Below are positions 12,960 to 26,140 of a DNA stretch of 64,000 nt, one piece after another (the first letter of the stretch is position 1; each line of letters opens with the position of its first letter). Position numbers and translations under genes: made by a program. Under the pieces are notes generated by a model, which had not been told where the DNA came from, did no database searches, and was given only the letters and a program-made list of their open reading frames with translations. This DNA comes from Mytilus trossulus (taxonomy: Eukaryota), in contig NC_086373.1 in the NCBI RefSeq assembly GCF_036588685.1, forward strand, positions 112,592,001 to 112,656,000, given 5' to 3'.

Positions 12960-15900
12960 CCTCCTTAACATGATATATCTGTTCATAACACATCTTTGTC
13001 TTAAAGTAAAAGGTGTTCAATCTCTAACACATCTTAGTCTTAACGTAAAAGGTGTTCAATCTATGATAAATCATACGTATATATCTTACATTACAGGCAT
13101 TCGATATATAACACATATGTGTCTTAAATTATAATACGTCCAATCTATTAATTAATTAGTTTAAAATGTAAAAGGCTTAAACTGATTAGGATATACGGAA
13201 GACATGTTGATTTCATGAATATAAGAATGAAAAGTACATTCCCAATCTGCAAGATTTTATCTAATTTTACTTTATCCTATTATGCAGGCACAGATTATGT
13301 TTTTTTTTCACACAAGTTCGTTGACATGAGTTTCTGCATTAATAGAGCATATCTTTAAACGGTATGTGAAAATCAAATCATACCTCTTTTTAAAAGTAGG
13401 GAATGTTACAGTTATGAAGCATTTTTAAAATTTTACATTATATAACGCCTAATTAAATAAATAAAAGTTCTTAAAGTTCCAATTGATTTATAAATGAAGA
13501 AAAACAGAGCACAACTCATTACATCACGAATTATTATAAAACACACAATATGTTGATGACCAGAGAGGCAGTTAAGTGCACTCCTGTTTAAAGAGATACA
13601 CACCATACAATATTATCCTCTCCAGGGAGGGAGAGGCATAACTAGAACTCAACATTGCACCATTTCAAACATAATAAAATACATGTACCAAATCAGGAGT
13701 ATGACAGCTGTTATCATTTCGTTTGATGTGCTTGAGCTTTTGATTTTGCCATTTGATTAAGGACTTCCCTTTTTGAATTTTCCTCGAAGTTTTTGTGATT
13801 TTACTTTTATGCCATATCGAGGGGAGACCTATACACTATATAGTGAAATCCCATTTAGGAAGAGACACACAACTCAATGTGTTCTGCCCAGTGAAAGAGT
13901 TGTATATAGAATATACAGTTAACTCCTGTGTAGGGAGGGACACAAACTGAACTCAGTTGTCTTTTGTGGGGGGAGAGGCTTATACACTATGTAATGAAGT
14001 CCTATTTAGGGCGAGACACAAAACTCAATATGCTTCTGTCCAGAGAGCGAGTTGTATATACAATATACATTTGACCCCTGTTTAGGGAGGGATACAAACT
14101 GAACTCAGTTGACTCCTGTCGAGGAGAGGCCTATACACTATGTATTGAAGTCTTGTATAAGGAAAGACACACAACTTATTATGCTTTTGTTCGGAGAAGG
14201 AGATGTATATACTATATACAGTTGATTCCTGTTTAAGGAAGGACACAAACTGAACTCAGTTGTCTTTTGTAAGGGGGGGAGGCCTATACACTATGCATTG
14301 AAGTCCTGTTTAGGGAGAGACACAAAACTCAATATACTTTTGTCCCGAGAAGGAGTTGTATATACAATATACAGTTGACTCCTGTTTAGGGATGGGCACG
14401 AACTGGAATCAGTTGACTGACTCCTGTCAAGGAGATGCGTTTAATCTATAACATATCTAGTTACAAATTTAAGAGACGTTTAATCTATTATATATTTTAG
14501 ACTTAACATAAAGGTTGTTCCGTCGTAGAGTAGAATGTGTTTCATCTATGACACATCACACATATAGATCTTAAATTATAGGCATTCGATATATAAAACA
14601 TCTTGGTCTTAAATTAAAATACGTCCAATCAATTAATTAAGTAACTAGTTTTAAAAGTAAAAGGCGTAAACTGATTATAATATACGGAAGAAAGGCAGAT
14701 TTCGTGGAACCATAATACGCAAATTATTGTTTAACTTTTTAAGAAAAGATTATTAGAATGAAGAGTACATTCCAAATCGGCAGGATTTTATCCAATTTTA
14801 CTTGATCCTAGTATGCAGACAAAGATTATGTATTTTTTCACCCAAATTCGTTGAAATGTGTGTATGCATTAATAGAGCCTATAATTAACCATGTGTTAAA
14901 TGGTCTGTGAAAATCAAATCATAAAAAAATTATTTAAAAAAAAGTAGGGTATGTTGCAGTTATGAAAGCTTTTTTTTAAATAGCACATAAGATAACGACT
15001 ATTCAAATAAATAGACCTTAACTAGTGCTTGATTCGCAACATTTTATGAATAATGAAGGTTAACCAAAATATTCCCTCACCCTTACTTTTTTTTTTATCT
15101 TGCCTTTAAACGTACCAAACTTTTTTCTAGTTATCAATGTTTGTGGTTTTTTTAAAGTTCCAATTGATTTATAAATGTAGAAAAACACAAATTGGATGAT
15201 TACACCACGAATAATTATAAAACACAGATTATGTTGATGATCAGGGAGGAAGTTACGTGTCCTCCTGTCTAAAGGGATACACACAAAACAATATGCTTCT
15301 GTCCAGAGAGGAAAAGGCATAGCTTAAACTGAACAGTTCATCATTTTCTACATAAGAAAATGCCTGTAGGAAGACGGTAATATGACAGTTGTTATCATTT
15401 CGTTTGATCTTTGGATATTGCCATTCTTCTTCCTCGTTAGGTAGATCCCTCCATTTGATTAGAGACTTTCCTTTTTTAATTTTACTCGAAATTCAGTATT
15501 TATGTGATTTTACTTTTGACTCCATGTCGAGGGAGTGGCATTTACAATAAATAATAAGGTCTTGTTTAGGAAGAGACACAAAACATAATATACATCTGTC
15601 AAGATAAGGAGTTGTATTTACAATAAACAATTGACTCCTGTTTAGAGAGGGACAATAACTGAACTCAGTTGTCTTTTGTCGGGGAGGGGGGGGAGGCCTA
15701 TACACTATGTATTGAAGTCCTGTTTAGGGAGAGACACAAAACTCAATATGCTTCTGTCCGGAGATGGAGTCATAATTAGGGAGGTACTCAAACTGAACTC
15801 AGTTGACTGACTCCTGTTTAGAGAGGGACAATAACTGAACTCAGTTGTCTTTTGTCGGGGAGGGGGGGGAGGCCTATACACTATGTATTGAAGTCCTGTT

Positions 15901-16770
15901 TAGGGAGAGACACAAAACTCAATATACTTCTGTCCGGAGAGAGAGTCATAATTAGGGAGGTACTCAAACTGAACTCAGTTGACTGACTCCTGCGAGGAGA
16001 GGCGTTCAATCTATAACAAATCTTAATCCAAAAGTAAGAGACGTTCAATCTATTATACATTTTAGTCTTAACATAAAAGTTGTTCCGTCTTTAACGCATC
16101 TTAGTTTTAAAGAAAAAGGTGTTCACACATATAGATTTTAAATTAAAGGCATTCGATATATAACACATAAAGATTCTAAATTGAAATACATCCAATTTTT
16201 TAATTAATTAGTTTTACAAGTAAAAGGCTTAAACTTATAATGATATACGGAAGAAAGGTTGATTTCATAAAACTTTTGGACAATATATTATTAGAATGAA
16301 AAGTACATTCCAAATCTGCACGACTTTATCATTTTTTTTTATTATCCTAGTATGCCGACAAAGATTATGTATTTCTTCATTGAAGTTCGTTGAAATAAGT
16401 GTTTGAATTAATAGAGCATAAATAACGATTTATGAAAATCAAATCACAAAGTAGGGTATGTTTCAGTTATGAAAGATTTTTGTTTTAAATTGCACCCAAC
16501 CAGAAAACGTCTATTTAAATAAATAGACATTACCTTTAACTGGATTTGTGAAAGTTTATGAATAATGAAGGTTTAAAAAATATTTCATCATCCCTTCCTA
16601 TTTTTATCTAACCTTTATACGTACCAAACTCTTTTCTAGTTAATGTAGTTTTTAAGTTCCAATTGATTAATAAATGTAGAAAAACTTAACTTTAATCATT
16701 ACATCAGGAATTATTCTAAAACAAACAATATGATGATGACCAGGGAGAAAGTTAAGTGTCCTCCTGTCTA
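12960..16770 (+). repeat. Diverged ~1.5-kb composite tandem repeat (copies about 12960-14430, 14430-16000, 16000-16770), related to 5480-6330 and 8230-12120
   Basis: Shared landmarks occur in the same order: satellite remnant, GGAAGAAAGGCAGATTT, AATAGAGC, AAAATCAAATCA, AAGTAGGG, CCAATTGATTTATAAATG. An internal ~120-bp subrepeat (CCTGTTTAGGGAG...AACTGAACTCAGTTG) is also present. Confidence 0.75.
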
Positions 16771-16784
16771 ATATATTTAAATAT

Positions 16785-16954
16785 ATATATACAACTCGTC
16801 TAAACATCAACCCAACAATGTTAGACCTGTAAATTTGCTTTAGCAAATTTTTTGTTCTTCCCTCGCCGGGATTCGAACCCATGCTACTAGGGTATCGTGA
16901 CACCAAATCGCCAACACTGCAGCCGTCCCGCTTGACCACACGACCACCTGAGCT
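16785..16954 (-). mobile_element. tRNA-derived SINE
   Basis: The minus strand has an A-box-like TGGTCGTGTGG and a B-box GGTTCGAATCC, followed by a non-tRNA body and a (TA)n tail. A second copy is adjacent. Confidence 0.75.
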
Positions 16955-16977
16955 TCACATATATAAGGCATGGAGAT

Positions 16978-17125
16978 GTATATACAATCGTCTAATCATC
17001 AACCCAACAATGTTAGATCTGTTAATTTGATTTCGCAGACTTTTTGTTCTTCCCTCGCCGGGATTCGAACCCATGCTACTGAGATATCGTGACACCAAAT
17101 CGCCTGCACTGTAGCAGTCCCGCTA
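16978..17125 (-). mobile_element. Second, 5'-truncated copy of the same SINE
   Basis: Near-identical to 16788-16932 and includes the B-box. Confidence 0.7.
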
Positions 17126-17279
17126 AATATATTTTATTCATTCATGTAAAACATAACAACATTATATATTAATATAAAATCTCAATATTTAGAGATCACA
17201 TCAATTAAGTTGCACACGTAAATTTTGTGTTGCACACACAAAAAAAATAACAATTTATATGGTAGGCAAAATTCATTGA

Positions 17280-20200
17280 ACGGGTAAAATCAACACCGAG
17301 ATATTTGTATTCATTGACTTTCTCAAGGAGCAGGTTACCTAATTGCCACTTATTATCCTTATCTAAACATTTGCCTATTATCATAACCTTGGATTTGTTT
17401 TGCCTAAATTTTAGATTCCACTATGAAGCAAAATAAGCAAAATCAAGCAGACGATGTAGTTCCGCCTCGGACTTCCCGATAAGGACTACATCATCAGCAA
17501 ATAAAAGGCAATTTACTAGTTGTGAGGATAGTTCGGCACCAAAATTATTGGTTTCGAGCAGACTAGACACAACCTTGTTTCCAGCCAAATTCTTCATCAG
17601 CTTTTCGAATAGAAAAAATACCTTGTAGAGTAAAAATATAATCCTCTGTCCTTCTATTTTTTCTAAATGCCCCCTGAACCTCGCCTCAATATTATTTTCT
17701 TCTAAGAAGGTCATTACAGATTCCCCCAACATTATCGAATATACCTTGCACACATTAGACGTTAAAGTAATCCGCCTATAGTTATCAATATCATAGACAG
17801 ACCTAGCTTTGAGTAGGGGTTTGATGATGCCATTTTGCCAATCATCAGGCCCAGCTTTGAGTAGGGGTTTGATGATGCCATTTTGCCAATCATCAGGCCC
17901 AGCTTTGAGTAGGGGTTTGATGATGCCATTTTGTCAATCATCAGGTACAGCTTTGAGTAGGGGTTTGATGATGCCATTTTGTCAATCATCAGGCCCAGCT
18001 TTGTGTAGGGGTTTGATGATGCCATTTTGTCAATCATCAGGCCCAGCTTTGAGTAGGGGTTTGATGATGCCATTTTGTCAATCATCAGGTACAGCTTTGA
18101 GTAGGGGTTTGATGATGCCAGTTTGCCAATCATCAGGCCCAGCTTTGAGTAGGGGTTTGATGATGCCATTTTGTCAATCATCAGGCCCAGCTTTGAGTAG
18201 GGGTTTGATGATGCCATTTTGCCAATCATCAGGCCCAGCTTTGAGTAGGGGTTTGATGATGCCATTTTGTCAATCATCAGGCCCAGCTTTGAGTAGGGGT
18301 TTGATGATGCCATTTTGTCAATCATCAGGCCCAGCTTTGTGTAGGGGTTTGATGATGCCAGTTTGCCAATCATCAGGCCCAGCTTTGAGTAGGGGTTTGA
18401 TGATGCCATTTTGTCAATCATCAGGTACAGCTTTGAGTAGGGGTTTGATGATACCAGTTTGTCAATCATCAGGTACAGCTTTGAGTAGGGGTTTGATGAT
18501 GCCATTTTGTCAATCATCAGGCCCAGCTTTGTGTAGGGGTTTGATGATGCCATTTTGTCAATCATCAGGCCCAGCTTTGAGTAGGGGTTTGATGATGCCA
18601 TTTTGTCAATCATCAGGTACAGCTTTGAGTAGGGGTTTGATGATGCCATTTTGTCAATCATCAGGTACAGCTTTGAGTAGGGGTTTGATGATGCCATTTT
18701 GCCAATCATCAGGCCCAGCTTTGTGTAGGGGTTTGATGATGCCATTTTGCCAATCATCAGGTACAGCTTTGAGTAGGGGTTTGATGATGCCAGTTTGCCA
18801 ATCATCAGGCCCAGCTTTGAGTAGGGGTTTGATGATGCCAGTTTGCCAATCATCAGGCCCAGCTTTGAGTAGGGGTTTGATGATGCCATTTTGTCAATCA
18901 TCAGGTACAGCTTTGAGTAGGGGTTTGATGATGCCATTTTGCCAATCATCAGGTACAGCTTTGAGTAGGGGTTTGATGATGCCATTTTGTCAATCATCAG
19001 GCCCAGCTTTGAGTAGGGGTTTGATGATGCCATTTTGTCAATCATCAGGTACAGCTTTGAGTAGGGGTTTGATGATGCCATTTTGTCAATCATCAGGCCC
19101 AGCTTTGAGTAGGGGTTTGATGATGCCATTTTGTCAATCATCAGGCCCAGCTTTGAGTAGGGGTTTGATGATGCCATTTTGCCAATCATCAGGTACAGCT
19201 TTGAGTAGGGGTTTGATGATGCCATTTTGTCAATCATCAGGTACAGCTTTGAGTAGGGGTTTGATGATGCCATTTTGTCAATCATCAGGCCCAGCTTTGA
19301 GTAGGGGTTTGATGATGCCATTTTGTCAATCATCAGGTACAGCTTTGAGTAGGGGTTTGATGATGCCATTTTGTCAATCATCAGGCCCAGCTTTGAGTAG
19401 GGGTTTGATGATGCCATTTTGTCAATCATCAGGTACAGCTTTGAGTAGGGGTTTGATGATGCCATTTTGTCAATCATCAGGTACAGCTTTGAGTAGGGGT
19501 TTGATGATGCCATTTTGTCAATCATCAGGTACAGCTTTGAGTAGGGGTTTGATGATGCCATTTTGTCAATCATCAGGCCCAGCTTTGAGTAGGGGTTTGA
19601 TGATGCCAGTTTGCCAATCATCAGGCCCAGCTTTGAGTAGGGGTTTGATGATGCCATTTTGTCAATCATCAGGTACAGCTTTGTGTAGGGGTTTGATGAT
19701 GCCATTTTGTCAATCATCAGGTACAGCTTTGAGTAGGGGTTTGATGATACCATTTTGTCAATCATCAGGCCCAGCTTTGAGTAGGGGTTTGATGATGCCA
19801 TTTTGTCAATCATCAGGCCCAGCTTTGAGTAGGGGTTTGATGATGCCATTTTGTCAATCATCAGGCCCAGCTTTGAGTAGGGGTTTGATGATGCCATTTT
19901 GCCAATCATCAGGTACAGCTTTGAGTAGGGGTTTGATGATGCCATTTTGTCAATCATCAGGTACAGCTTTGAGTAGGGGTTTGATGATGCCATTTTGTCA
20001 ATCATCAGGCCCAGCTTTGAGTAGGGGTTTGATGATGCCATTTTGTCAATCATCAGGTACAGCTTTGAGTAGGGGTTTGATGATGCCATTTTGTCAATCA
20101 TCAGGCCCAGCTTTGAGTAGGGGTTTGATGATGCCATTTTGTCAATCATCAGGCCCAGCTTTGAGTAGGGGTTTGATGATGCCATTTTGCCAATCATCAG

Positions 20201-23200
20201 GTACAGCTTTGAGTAGGGGTTTGATGATGCCATTTTGTCAATCATCAGGTACAGCTTTGAGTAGGGGTTTGATGATGCCATTTTGTCAATCATCAGGCCC
20301 AGCTTTGAGTAGGGGTTTGATGATGCCATTTTGTCAATCATCAGGTACAGCTTTGAGTAGGGGTTTGATGATGCCATTTTGTCAATCATCAGGCCCAGCT
20401 TTGAGTAGGGGTTTGATGATGCCATTTTGTCAATCATCAGGTACAGCTTTGAGTAGGGGTTTGATGATGCCATTTTGTCAATCATCAGGTACAGCTTTGA
20501 GTAGGGGTTTGATGATGCCATTTTGTCAATCATCAGGTACAGCTTTGAGTAGGGGTTTGATGATGCCATTTTGTCAATCATCAGGCCCAGCTTTGAGTAG
20601 GGGTTTGATGATGCCAGTTTGCCAATCATCAGGCCCAGCTTTGAGTAGGGGTTTGATGATGCCATTTTGTCAATCATCAGGTACAGCTTTGTGTAGGGGT
20701 TTGATGATGCCATTTTGTCAATCATCAGGTACAGCTTTGAGTAGGGGTTTGATGATACCATTTTGTCAATCATCAGGCCCAGCTTTGAGTAGGGGTTTGA
20801 TGATGCCATTTTGTCAATCATCAGGCCCAGCTTTGAGTAGGGGTTTGATGATGCCATTTTGTCAATCATCAGGCCCAGCTTTGAGTAGGGGTTTGATGAT
20901 GCCATTTTGCCAATCATCAGGTACAGCTTTGAGTAGGGGTTTGATGATGCCATTTTGTCAATCATCAGGTACAGCTTTGAGTAGGGGTTTGATGATGCCA
21001 TTTTGTCAATCATCAGGCCCAGCTTTGAGTAGGGGTTTGATGATGCCATTTTGTCAATCATCAGGCCCAGCTTTGAGTAGGGGTTTGATGATGCCATTTT
21101 GTCAATCATCAGGCCCAGCTTTGAGTAGGGGTTTGATGATGCCATTTTGTCAATCATCAGGCCCAGCTTTGAGTAGGGGTTTGATGATGCCATTTTGTCA
21201 ATCATCAGGCCCAGCTTTGAGTAGGGGTTTGATGATGCCATTTTGCCAATCATCAGGTACAGCTTTGAGTAGGGGTTTGATGATGCCATTTTGTCAATCA
21301 TCAGGTACAGCTTTGAGTAGGGGTTTGATGATGCCATTTTGTCAATCATCAGGCCCAGCTTTGAGTAGGGGTTTGATGATGCCATTTTGTCAATCATCAG
21401 GTACAGCTTTGAGTAGGGGTTTGATGATGCCATTTTGCCAATCATCAGGCCCAGCTTTGTGTAGGGGTTTGATGATGCCATTTTGTCAATCATCAGGCCC
21501 AGCTTTGAGTAGGGGTTTGATGATGCCATTTTGTCAATCATCAGGTACAGCTTTGAGTAGGGGTTTGATGATGCCATTTTGTCAATCATCAGGCCCAGCT
21601 TTGTGTAGGGGTTTGATGATGCCATTTTGTCAATCATCAGGCCCAGCTTTGAGTAGGGGTTTGATGATGCCATTTTGTCAATCATCAGGCCCAGCTTTGA
21701 GTAGGGGTTTGATGATGCCATTTTGTCAATCATCAGGTACAGCTTTGAGTAGGGGTTTGATGATGCCATTTTGTCAATCATCAGGTACAGCTTTGAGTAG
21801 GGGTTTGATGATGCCATTTTGTCAATCATCAGGCCCAGCTTTGTGTAGGGGTTTGATGATGCCATTTTGTCAATCATCAGGTACAGCTTTGAGTAGGGGT
21901 TTGATGATGCCATTTTGTCAATCATCAGGTACAGCTTTGAGTAGGGGTTTGATGATGCCATTTTGTCAATCATCAGGCCCAGCTTTGAGTAGGGGTTTGA
22001 TGATGCCATTTTGTCAATCATCAGGTACAGCTTTGAGTAGGGGTTTGATGATGCCATTTTGTCAATCATCAGGCCCAGCTTTGAGTAGGGGTTTGATGAT
22101 GCCATTTTGTCAATCATCAGGTACAGCTTTGAGTAGGGGTTTGATGATGCCATTTTGTCAATCATCAGGTACAGCTTTGAGTAGGGGTTTGATGATGCCA
22201 TTTTGTCAATCATCAGGCCCAGCTTTGAGTAGGGGTTTGATGATGCCATTTTGTCAATCATCAGGTACAGCTTTGAGTAGGGGTTTGATGATGCCATTTT
22301 GTCAATCATCAGGCCCAGCTTTGTGTAGGGGTTTGATGATGCCATTTTGTCAATCATCAGGCCCAGCTTTGAGTAGGGGTTTGATGATGCCATTTTGTAT
22401 ATCATCAGGTACAGCTTTGAGTAGGGGTTTGATGATGCCATTTTGCCAATCATCAGGTACAGCTTTGAGTAGGGGTTTGATGATGCCATTTTGTCAATCA
22501 TCAGGTACAGCTTTGAGTAGGGGTTTGATGATGCCATTTTGCCAATCATCAGGTACAGCTTTGAGTAGGGGTTTGATGATGCCATTTTGCCAATCATCAG
22601 GTACAGCTTTGAGTAGGGGTTTGATGATGCCATTTTGTCAATCATCAGGCCCAGCTTTGAGTAGGGGTTTGATGATGCCATTTTGTCAATCATCAGGCCC
22701 AGCTTTGAGTAGGGGTTTGATGATGCCATTTTGCCAATCATCAGGTACAGCTTTGAGTAGGGGTTTGATGATGCCATTTTGTCAATCATCAGGCCCAGCT
22801 TTGTGTAGGGGTTTGATGATGCCATTTTGTCAATCATCAGGCCCAGCTTTGAGTAGGGGTTTGATGATGCCATTTTGTCAATCATCAGGTACAGCTTTGA
22901 GTAGGGGTTTGATGATGCCATTTTGCCAATCATCAGGTACAGCTTTGAGTAGGGGTTTGATGATGCCATTTTGCCAATCATCAGGTACAGCTTTGAGTAG
23001 GGGTTTGATGATGCCATTTTGCCAATCATCAGGTACAGCTTTGAGTAGGGGTTTGATGATGCCATTTTGTCAATCATCAGGTACAGCTTTGAGTAGGGGT
23101 TTGATGATGCCATTTTGCCAATCATCAGGTACAGCTTTGAGTAGGGGTTTGATGATGCCATTTTGTCAATCATCAGGTACAGCTTTGAGTAGGGGTTTGA

Positions 23201-25090
23201 TGATGCCATTTTGTCAATCATCAGGTACAGCTTTGAGTAGGGGTTTGATGATGCCATTTTGCCAATCATCAGGCCCAGCTTTGAGTAGGGGTTTGATGAT
23301 GCCATTTTGTCAATCATCAGGTACAGCTTTGAGTAGGGGTTTGATGATGCCATTTTGTCAATCATCAGGCCCAGCTTTGAGTAGGGGTTTGATGATGCCA
23401 TTTTGTCAATCATCAGGCCCAGCTTTGAGTAGGGGTTTGATGATGCCATTTTGTCAATCATCAGGCCCAGCTTTGAGTAGGGGTTTGATGATGCCATTTT
23501 GTCAATCATCAGGCCCAGCTTTGAGTAGGGGTTTGATGATGCCATTTTGTCAATCATCAGGTACAGCTTTGAGTAGGGGTTTGATGATGCCATTTTGCCA
23601 ATCATCAGGTACAGCTTTGAGTAGGGGTTTGATGATACCAGTTTGTCAATCATCAGGTACAGCTTTGAGTAGGGGTTTGATGATGCCATTTTGTCAATCA
23701 TCAGGTACAGCTTTGAGTAGGGGTTTGATGATGCCATTTTGTCAATCATCAGGTACAGCTTTGAGTAGGGGTTTGATGATGCCAGTTTGCCAATCATCAG
23801 GCCCAGCTTTGAGTAGGGGTTTGATGATGCCATTTTGTCAATCATCAGGTACAGCTTTGTGTAGGGGTTTGATGATGCCATTTTGTCAATCATCAGGTAC
23901 AGCTTTGAGTAGGGGTTTGATGATGCCATTTTGCCAATCATCAGGCCCAGCTTTGAGTAGGGGTTTGATGATGCCATTTTGTCAATCATCAGGTACAGCT
24001 TTGAGTAGGGGTTTGATGATGCCATTTTGTCAATCATCAGGCCCAGCTTTGTGTAGGGGTTTGATGATGCCATTTTGTCAATCATCAGGTACAGCTTTGA
24101 GTAGGGGTTTGATGATGCCATTTTGTCAATCATCAGGTACAGCTTTGAGTAGGGGTTTGATGATGCCATTTTGTCAATCATCAGGTACAGCTTTGAGTAG
24201 GGGTTTGATGATACCAGTTTGTCAATCATCAGGCCCAGCTTTGAGTAGGGGTTTGATGATGCCATTTTGTCAATCATCAGGTACAGCTTTGAGTAGGGGT
24301 TTGATGATGCCATTTTGTCAATCATCAGGCCCAGCTTTGAGTAGGGGTTTGATGATACCATTTTGCCAATCATCAGGTACAGCTTTGAGTAGGGGTTTGA
24401 TGATACCATTTTGCCAATCATCAGGTACAGCTTTGAGTAGGGGTTTGATGATGCCATTTTGTCAATCATCAGGTACAGCTTTGAGTAGGGGTTTGATGAT
24501 GCCATTTTGTCAATCATCAGGTACAGCTTTGAGTAGGGGTTTGATGATGCCATTTTGTCAATCATCAGGTACAGCTTTGAGTAGGGGTTTGATGATGCCA
24601 TTTTGTCAATCATCAGGCCCAGCTTTGAGTAGGGGTTTGATGATGCCATTTTGTCAATCATCAGGTACAGCTTTGAGTAGGGGTTTGATGATGCCATTTT
24701 GTCAATCATCAGGTACAGCTTTGAGTAGGGGTTTGATGATGCCATTTTGTCAATCATCAGGCCCAGCTTTGAGTAGGGGTTTGATGATGCCATTTTGTCA
24801 ATCATCAGGTACAGCTTTGAGTAGGGGTTTGATGATGCCATTTTGTCAATCATCAGGCCCAGCTTTGAGTAGGGGTTTGATGATGCCATTTTGCCAATCA
24901 TCAGGTACAGCTTCAAGGTCAGTAATAATGGTGAAGATATCAACAAGTGAACCACAAGTGCATCGCCATCAAACATAAAAAAAATCCATTGGGAATCTCA
25001 TCGATACCACTAGCTTTGTACGACTGAATATTTCTTATAATTTTATCTATCTGCTCTCTGTCAATTTTTACTGAGATAATCGAAAGAGTA
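17280..25090 (-). mobile_element. Decayed LINE reverse transcriptase fragment (RTE-X/CR1-like), split by the 48-bp array
   Basis: Across frameshifts the minus strand reads KASGIDEIPN...LVDIFTIITDLE-[AVPDDWQNGIIKPLLK]n-ARSVYDIDNYRRITLTSNVCKVYS...LLFADDVVLIG. Confidence 0.85.
17805..24913. repeat. 48-bp tandem array x148 (AGCTTTGAGTAGGGGTTTGATGATGCCATTTTGYCAATCATCAGGYMC)
   Basis: AGCTT at 17805 to AGCTT at 24909 is 7104 bp, exactly 148x48. There are no net indels and only a handful of variant sites. This array is the source of the 2404-aa and 2389-aa ORFs. Confidence 0.98.
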
Positions 25091-25104
25091 ATATCCATAT
25101 ATTA

Positions 25105-25760
25105 TCATTTAAATACAGACATAACAATTTTGCAAAATTTTGCCAACCCAACAAGTACATATTTATCTTGACTACTCATTAAATTTGACAAGCTTACAGT
25201 ATTTTTGTTTTTATATATATGATCAGGTATAAACTTTAGTCTTTCTTGAGTAAAAAAGTTACAATTAAATATATAATGAAATTCATCACCCAGTTCTTGC
25301 TTATTACAAATATCACAAATTCTTTCAGCTCTATTGATACTAAAAAATCTACCAGCTTCAATTGGCAATTTATGGCTACCGCATCTAAACTTAGTAAGAC
25401 TATACATTAAATCAGGTGGAAGTACAGTGAGATAATTCTCAAATTTAAAATCAGATTTATATATACGGTAATTTATACACTTCGGTGAGTCATATACTTG
25501 TAATTTCCAACCTTCTACAAATTTTTCATGAAGAACTTGCTTTACATTTTGAGACAGGTTTATATTTCTTAATACAGATTGGTCATACCAATAATTTCCA
25601 TAAAGACATGGGTGTTCTACCAAGTTCGCCATATACAATATAATTTGGCGTACATTTTTTAACCTTTAATATATACTTGCAAAATTCTAAATGCAAAGAC
25701 TCAATAATGTCATTATTTTCACAACCCCACACTTCTGCACCATATAACAAAATAGGTGCC
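25105..25760 (-). mobile_element. 3' end of a LINE ORF2 (RTE-X-like), frameshifted/deleted
   Basis: Motifs PILLYGAEVWG, VYGELGRTP, LTKFRCGSHKLPIE and the C-terminal CxxC...GDEFHYIFNC. Confidence 0.85.
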
Positions 25761-25817
25761 GACCTTTGCTTCACAAGAGTTATCGCCAGTTACGGCGCTC
25801 ACTTCTTGGCCGATGCC

Positions 25818-26140
25818 CTAATGCATCTGACAAGATTTAGCTTTGTGACCTTCACCATTACACCTGTGACAAATGATAGGAACCCCATGACGACACATAG
25901 ATGCAGTGTGATTTTTAAACTCACTATACCAACATAGTTTAACATTGTTTGATACATTTTAATGGTTGCTATACCCCTGAGATCTTGATAGTTTGTTGTT
26001 ACCGAGATGGGGATGCATCCGACCACGAGTTTCACCAGCTTGTTATTTGGTACGATGGGAATAAGCATAGCCTGAGTTGGTGTTGTCTTGTCTTCTTTGT
26101 AGTGTTGCCTTTGCTCTTAATTAACAGGAAGGATTAACAA
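25818..26140 (-). mobile_element. Retroelement ORF1/gag-like C-terminal fragment with tandem CCHC zinc knuckles
   Basis: Hand translation gives CWYSEFKNHTASMCRHGVPIICHRCNGEGHKAKSCQMH* (TAG at 25820-25818), with an in-frame stop upstream at about 25960. Confidence 0.65.

Noticed and set aside
16855-16954. Functional tRNA gene
   Set aside because: It has A/B boxes but no convincing cloverleaf. The attached body, tail and adjacent second copy indicate a SINE.
17805-24913. CRISPR-like array
   Set aside because: The units are head-to-tail with no unique spacers, there are no cas genes, and the context is eukaryotic. The same applies to the other arrays.
17762-24978. 2404-aa and 2389-aa ORFs as genuine giant repeat proteins
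   Set aside because: They follow automatically from a 48-bp unit with stop-free frames. The unit is LINE RT sequence read out of frame, and there are no unique domains.
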